Assembly (NCBI GenBank): GCA_002633005.1
Contig: NMRA01000491.1
Coordinates: 1 to 64,000 of the forward strand
Reading direction: 5' to 3'
DNA from: Phoronis australis
Taxonomy: Eukaryota; Animalia; Phoronida
DNA length: 64,000 bases
The notes beneath the pieces were generated by a model. That model had not been told where the DNA came from. It did not search any database and was given only the letters and a program-made list of their open reading frames with translations. Both the position numbers and the translations under genes were made by a program. Of the stretch, positions 62,161 to 64,000 are shown piece after piece (the stretch's first letter is position 1; each line of letters opens with the position of its first letter).

Positions 62161-63310
62161 TAACAAGAACAATGAGTTGAAATGCAACCACAAATGCAAC
62201 ACATACGGTGTGTTTCTGGGGGTGTTTTTTTGTATCATAAAAATGGCCACTAGATGGCACAAAATATGTCGAATCCATCTGCAAACTGGTATATGTCATC
62301 GAAACTATATGTCATCGAAACTACCAAATTCCAAAAACGGCCTTCAAGGAACTTCTGAGAAACTGAGGAAAACAGAAATAAATGAAACTGCCACCAGCAG
62401 GCGCCACTAACAGTACATGAAGTCGTTGGAAAATCATTGTCAATTATCCTCTTCACACTAAGAACATATATGCCAATTTTCACAATCCTCATTAGAGTGG
62501 TTTGGTTGGCAGAGGGGTGGACGCCAAACAAAAGACCAGATGGCACAAAATATGTCGAATCTATCCAAAAAAACAGGAATATGTTGTCATTTCAATAGAA
62601 ATTTCATAAACATCCGTCTGGCTCCAGAGACACAGAGGAAATGGGAAAAAAATCAAAAGTGCCACTAGGGGGCACAGTGTTTGTTGGATCTGTCCGAAAT
62701 TGGGGTTGTTCATTGGCAACTTCATATAATACACTTGCTAAATTTAATGAAGATACAAACTAAAGTTACACTAGCAAATTTAATAAAGATCCTGAAGAGC
62801 ATTTAGGAGATACAGCCATGGGTGCAAAAAAAAAACAAAACTGCCACTAGCAGGCGCCATAGCTGTCGAAGTCGTCGGAAAATCACCATCAGCCACCCCC
62901 CACAATAAGAACAAATTAATTATATGCCAATTTTCACAATCATGCCTAGAGCGGTTTGGTTGATACAGGGGCAGATGCCAACAGACTCGGAAAACAGTAA
63001 AAATGGCCACTAGGTGGCGCAAAGTACCTCAAATCCATCCAAAAACGGGAGGATAGCGTCATCTCACTAATAGATGCCTAACTGCCAAATTTTATGAAAA
63101 TCCGTTGAGGACCTCCGAAGATACAGAGGTAAACTTAAAAAACTAAAATTGCCACTAGGGGGTACATCGGTAGTCAGAGAGATCTAAAATTCGTTGTCAG
63201 CTTCATAGAGACACATTTGTCAAATTTTTTCAAGATCCTGTGAGGGGTTTAGGAGATACAGCGATGACGACAATATACACCCACATAAAAATATGTGGGC
63301 ACATAACAAA
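62161..63310 (+). mobile_element. Interspersed element with internal ~450-490-bp tandem units and a 3' stem-loop (Helentron/HINE-like)
   Basis: Starts near TTAACAAGA; contains repeated GCCACTAGRKGGC sub-units (62390 vs 62843; 62661 vs 63151); ends in the hairpin CCCACATA-AAAA-TATGTGGG followed by CACATAAC. Confidence 0.5.
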
Positions 63311-64000
63311 ATGATCTGGAGACTTCCAGACGCATATTAGCCTTTTGTAGGACCACTAGTAAATTAGGCCCGATTATTTACCGAGCTGTGTTTAAGATTA
63401 GATAACATCTCACTGAGTCTATATAATGATTCACTCTGACAGTCAGCTATTGTTGGAGCCTATGTCTAAAGCAGTTGTTGTGGGTCTGTGGGGGTATATT
63501 AGCACCCATGTCTTCAAAAAAAGGTAAAATGGGTACCTGGAGAATTTTACTAATGAGTGCACACTAATACTCAGTAGTAGTTTACAATACAGTCAATTGC
63601 AACACCCAATGGTACGCAAGGATATGGAGTAGTAACATCCAGTAATACAGAAGGTACAAAGAATTACCCAATGGTATCCAGTAAGTACCAGTAGCCAATG
63701 GTACCCAGTGGTAAAGAAAAGCAGACCTTAACACCCAGTAAAAACAGAAGGAGCAAAGAAGTAGCCGATGGTAGCCAATACTATACACTAAAACCCAACA
63801 GTACCCAGCAGTACACTTTGACACCCAGTTATACAGAAGAAATAAAGAAGTACCCAACGGTACCCAATAATATATAACAAAGGCCAGTGGTGCCCGGCGG
63901 TATAACACATTTCAACCAAGACCCACGAAAGTGTGACAACCGTTGCCAAGATACACATTAAGTGAGATAAAGGACGCAGCCCATAATATAATACAGCCCC

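Noticed and set aside
63560-63910. 108-aa hydrophobic minus-strand ORF
   Set aside because: Translation of a degenerate GGTACCCA-rich intronic repeat (a similar tract lies at 61790-62060); not ITPR-like.

Overview
Eukaryotic (animal) intron-rich DNA, about 37-40% GC by eye, most likely a marine invertebrate deuterostome (inference from gene and repeat content only). Three spliced genes were reconstructed by hand with consistent exon phases. (1) A 7-exon UPF0764/C16orf89-like secreted protein (- strand, 6026-17641). (2) A 6-exon type-I membrane protein with two CUB domains, a Thr-rich stalk, one TM helix and a tyrosine-motif-rich tail (+ strand, 22830-31277). (3) The last 21 coding exons of an inositol 1,4,5-trisphosphate receptor (- strand, 34680-61761; the 5' part lies beyond the window). 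The left edge holds the 5' end of a Ty3/Gypsy-like LTR retrotransposon (- strand), which is the most unusual thing here. Its Gag-like ORF begins with a ComEA-type helix-hairpin-helix domain. Its primer-binding site is a 59-nt copy of mature tRNA-Ser whose mismatches fall at modified positions (I34, m3C32, m2,2G26). Its leader holds a second PBS mimic and a covarying hairpin structure inside an apparent intron. Other notable structure: a 1.9-kb nested foldback with a tRNA-like core, exon-edge duplications that create decoy splice sites, MITEs with 5-bp TSDs, and a repeat carrying an array of CTCF-like motifs. All calls come from reading the sequence; no database searches were run.
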